DNA of 48,933 bases from a virus (Duplodnaviria; Caudoviricetes). The stretch's first letter is position 1, and every line of letters begins with the position of its first letter. Under the pieces are notes generated by a model. That model made no database searches, was not told the DNA's origin, and saw nothing but the letters and a program-made list of their open reading frames with translations. Location of the stretch: positions 1 to 48,933 of IMG/VR virus record IMGVR_UViG_3300011336_000175. One strand, 5' to 3'. Below are positions 46,378 through 48,933 of this stretch, piece after piece. The position numbers and the translations under genes were made by a program.

Positions 46378-46836
46378 TTAATCCAACAAAGCGCACTCAG
46401 CCGTGCGGCGTTTAAACAGACCCGGCAGTACTTTACCGCCACCTTTAGTCCAGAGCATCAGTTGTTCTTTTGCCCCTTCCCAATCATTGGCGTTGATTTT
46501 CCTCTTTAACGTGCTTGTTTGCAAGCGTCCAATGCCCAAGTTGTAGCAGAAATCTACAATGGCATTTAGCTTTCTTGGGTCGCCTTGAGCGGCAAGCACC
46601 AACAGGTTTGGGCAATGCCTTATTGCACCGGGTGCGTAAGTGTGCATAAGCTCGACCATCAAGAGGGCGCGGGCTGTTGGCTCGTCCATTGGCGGATCTT
46701 CCAATGTTACTTTACGCTTGTCTGCGTAGTAAGTAGAGCCATAGCCAATAGTGGCTACGCCTGCCGGACAAAGGTAAGGCTTAGAGCAATACCCTTCAAA
46801 CCGGCGGCACAGTTCTGCGGCTAGGTCTAAGTTCAT
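46378..46836 (-). CDS. Endolysin, GH24 phage lysozyme
   Basis: FEG...PYLCPAGVATIGYG, DFCYNLG, STL, WTKGGGKVLPGL..RR.AE. Confidence 0.92.
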   Translation of the reverse strand: MNLDLAAELCRRFEGYCSKPYLCPAGVATIGYGSTYYADKRKVTLEDPPMDEPTARALLMVELMHTYAPGAIRHCPNLLVLAAQGDPRKLNAIVDFCYNLGIGRLQTSTLKRKINANDWEGAKEQLMLWTKGGGKVLPGLFKRRTAECALLD

Positions 46837-47327
46837 ATGCCACGTTGCTTCAAGGTGCGGTCAAGGAACCAATAGTTAATAGTCCCAGACAACAAGGCTG
46901 AGAAGTCAGGGGTCATCATGGTTTTAAACACCTCAACGGCTGGCGCACCGGCAAGCCATGCGTTCCATGCAAACCATATGTGGATAAACGACCAGACAAA
47001 CAGCACCCAATACGTTACTACTGGGCGTACAGAAGCTGACAGACTAGCTACCCAACCACCAGCGGCTTTGACCATCTCGGCCTGCTGGACAATAGCGTTG
47101 TTAAACGCATCCATAACACCTACGTCAATAGCGGCTTCACGTTGTGCGCCTATCTCAGCCAACTTCTGCTGACCACGTAGCGTTTCCAGTTCACACTGGC
47201 GGGCAAACATAGCAAGCTCATGCTGGCGCTCATTCTTCTTATCAAAGAACTTTAAGACTTCAGGGGCCATGCGGAACAAGCCGCCAAATATGGAGCCTAA
47301 TAAGCCCCCAGAAAGAATGTCTAACAT
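46833..47327 (-). CDS. Holin-like membrane protein (GTA 3TM type)
   Basis: ASVRPVVTY, TM helices, YWFLDR; adjacent to endolysin. Confidence 0.7.
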   Translation of the reverse strand: MLDILSGGLLGSIFGGLFRMAPEVLKFFDKKNERQHELAMFARQCELETLRGQQKLAEIGAQREAAIDVGVMDAFNNAIVQQAEMVKAAGGWVASLSASVRPVVTYWVLFVWSFIHIWFAWNAWLAGAPAVEVFKTMMTPDFSALLSGTINYWFLDRTLKQRGI

Positions 47328-47329
47328 GG

Positions 47330-47590
47330 TTATTCTCCGCAGTGTTTACATTTGTGATGGCTGTCGCCGTGCGAGAGCTTGACCCCCGCCAAGAGGCCAA
47401 TGAAGCCGCCAATGATGGTTTGGAAAGCTGGGTGGAGCATACTGAAAATCTCTGCGTTGTCCACTTCCTTAGCCCATAAACCGAGCAGGAAAGCCGCAAC
47501 CATACCTAGCACCGACAAGCAAAGCGTGGAGGCTACCATTAGGGTTACAGAGTACGTCAATTTACCTACTACGTCTGGGTTCTCGTTCAT
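47330..47590 (-). CDS. Two-TM membrane protein
   Basis: Two hydrophobic helices, PAFQTIIGGFIGLLAG. Confidence 0.7.
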   Translation of the reverse strand: MNENPDVVGKLTYSVTLMVASTLCLSVLGMVAAFLLGLWAKEVDNAEIFSMLHPAFQTIIGGFIGLLAGVKLSHGDSHHKCKHCGE

Positions 47591-47826
47591 ACAAGTATGT
47601 CCACTTTGCGGTTTGTAAAAATCTCAAGTCTAAGCTGGTTCTGTTCTGCCTTCTTCACATACAACTCAAACTCAAGATCATCAATTTTGTCCTTCACCTT
47701 CTTCATCTTCAGGGCTTGCTTGTATTCTTCCTCAAGCCGCTGTTGCCTGCGTTCAAGCGCATCTGTTTTTGTCGGGTAGTCGGCCTCCACGACCATTGGA
47801 TACCACTTGTGTATTGGCGGAATCAT
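47587..47826 (-). CDS. Hypothetical coiled-coil protein
   Basis: ATGA overlaps on both sides. Confidence 0.55.
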   Translation of the reverse strand: MIPPIHKWYPMVVEADYPTKTDALERRQQRLEEEYKQALKMKKVKDKIDDLEFELYVKKAEQNQLRLEIFTNRKVDILV

Positions 47827-48110
47827 TTTGCTTCACGAGCCAGCGCATCTTTGTATCCATGAACAACTTTGTTACGCAGCCATGTAGAGTCTGACGCGCC
47901 AGCCCACTCTGCCAGATTGTTCCAAATGACCACGTATTCTGAAGCTTTGCAGTGTTGGGCATTCTGATCGAGCCACGCCATCATCTCTTTGTGGCGTTGG
48001 GTTGGGTCGTGGACGGTGTAGCCTATCCCATAGAACTCGCGGACGTGACAGCCATTCTTGGCTACGGCTCCAACTAGCCCCAACAGCAGTAACAGTAGGA
48101 GCCAGCGCAT
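47823..48110 (-). CDS. Secreted or membrane-anchored small protein
   Basis: Signal-like MRWLLLLLLLGLVGA, two Cys. Confidence 0.6.
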   Translation of the reverse strand: MRWLLLLLLLGLVGAVAKNGCHVREFYGIGYTVHDPTQRHKEMMAWLDQNAQHCKASEYVVIWNNLAEWAGASDSTWLRNKVVHGYKDALAREAK

Positions 48111-48115
48111 TCATC

Positions 48116-48933
48116 TTAGAACGTGATAGAGCCAGAGGCTGTGAATTGGTAGACCCTAAAGCCTCCAGCCACAGTAATCGTTGGTGAACCTGTTGTGCTT
48201 GTAGCGGCTCTGAATATGTCTGGATAGCGGAGGATAACGATACCGCTACCGCCTGCACCTCCATTTGCAGTAGTACCAGCCGTTGCACCGCCACCACCTC
48301 CTGTGTTAGCAGTTCCAGCAGAGCCATTTGCGTTTTTACCGCCATTACCACCGCCGCCCACACCACCAGAACCAGCCGCAGTTGTATATCCAGCACCTCC
48401 ACCACCACCAGCATATGTGGTCACACTACCCGATATAGAAGAAGCAATCCCCGCACCGCCATTGCCGCCAATACTATTGCCCCCGTTTAAACCAACAGTA
48501 CCCGCACCACCGCCACCACCTGTTGAGTCTGTGCCTCCTGTTGATGATGTTGAATTTCCGGCAGAATTTCCTTGCCCTGATGTACCAGAACCTATAGTTG
48601 TCTGCGTCCATCCAGCAGAGCCACCACTGCCACCGCTTCCACCACCACCACCAGCGGCTTGTTTTCCACCATAGCCACCTCCAGTAGCAACTATATTTCC
48701 TGTGTATGCGCCTGAACTTGTAGAAAGTAAAACAGAGTTAAAGCCAATAGTTCCAATATTATCGCCAACACCACCAGCCCCACCAGCACCTACAGTTACC
48801 CAAAGTTGAGTTCCCGCAGTTACACCAGAAAAACCAGCAAGTAAGCCGCCAGCACCACCAGCACCACCAACAGAAGCGTTAGCACCGCCACCACCGCCGC
48901 CACCAGCAACGACCAAATACTCCACATTCTGGG
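48116..48933 (-). CDS. Glycine-rich tail-fibre-like protein (5' truncated)
   Basis: VEYLVVAGGGGG...GGSGIVILRYP...YQFTASGSITF; frame open to the window edge. Confidence 0.8.
   Translation of the reverse strand, partial: QNVEYLVVAGGGGGGGANASVGGAGGAGGLLAGFSGVTAGTQLWVTVGAGGAGGVGDNIGTIGFNSVLLSTSSGAYTGNIVATGGGYGGKQAAGGGGGSGGSGGSAGWTQTTIGSGTSGQGNSAGNSTSSTGGTDSTGGGGGAGTVGLNGGNSIGGNGGAGIASSISGSVTTYAGGGGGAGYTTAAGSGGVGGGGNGGKNANGSAGTANTGGGGGATAGTTANGGAGGSGIVILRYPDIFRAATSTTGSPTITVAGGFRVYQFTASGSITF

Noticed and set aside
1-48933. tRNA genes, integrase/att sites, reverse transcriptase or DGR
   Set aside because: No supporting motifs seen by eye; a tRNAscan/HMM run would be needed to exclude them formally

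Overview
The whole window is part of a tailed dsDNA phage genome with a podovirus-like gene set, truncated at both ends. There are five alternating transcription blocks. (1) Minus, 1-8.9 kb: head and packaging genes (capsid, scaffold, GroES-like protein, GT2 glycosyltransferase, portal, TerL, LexA-like HTH, TerS-like). (2) Plus, 9.2-14.1 kb: about 20 small early ORFs joined by repeated start-associated sequences. (3) Minus, 14-22 kb: primase, HNH, SF2 helicase, ParB-like protein, small ORFs, and an HNH preceded by a ~590-nt highly structured non-coding RNA. (4) Plus, 22-28.8 kb: a GGYNN pentamer array followed by a RAMP/Cas7-like gene, a PD-(D/E)XK nuclease, ERF, an SSB-like protein and a glycosyltransferase-methyltransferase fusion. 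(5) Minus, 28.8-48.9 kb: internal virion/ejection proteins, a giant mucin-like protein, tail genes, lysis genes and a Gly-rich fibre. The most notable locus is 22.0-23.5 kb. A sigma70 promoter precedes three non-coding units of strictly 5-nt-periodic GG(Y)NN repeats, separated by covarying GNRA-capped hairpins, directly upstream of a stand-alone RAMP-like protein. This is a candidate non-CRISPR RNA-guided system in which the variable NN dinucleotides would encode the target. I saw no integrase, tRNA, rRNA or canonical CRISPR array. All protein calls are from motif recognition by eye, with no database searches.
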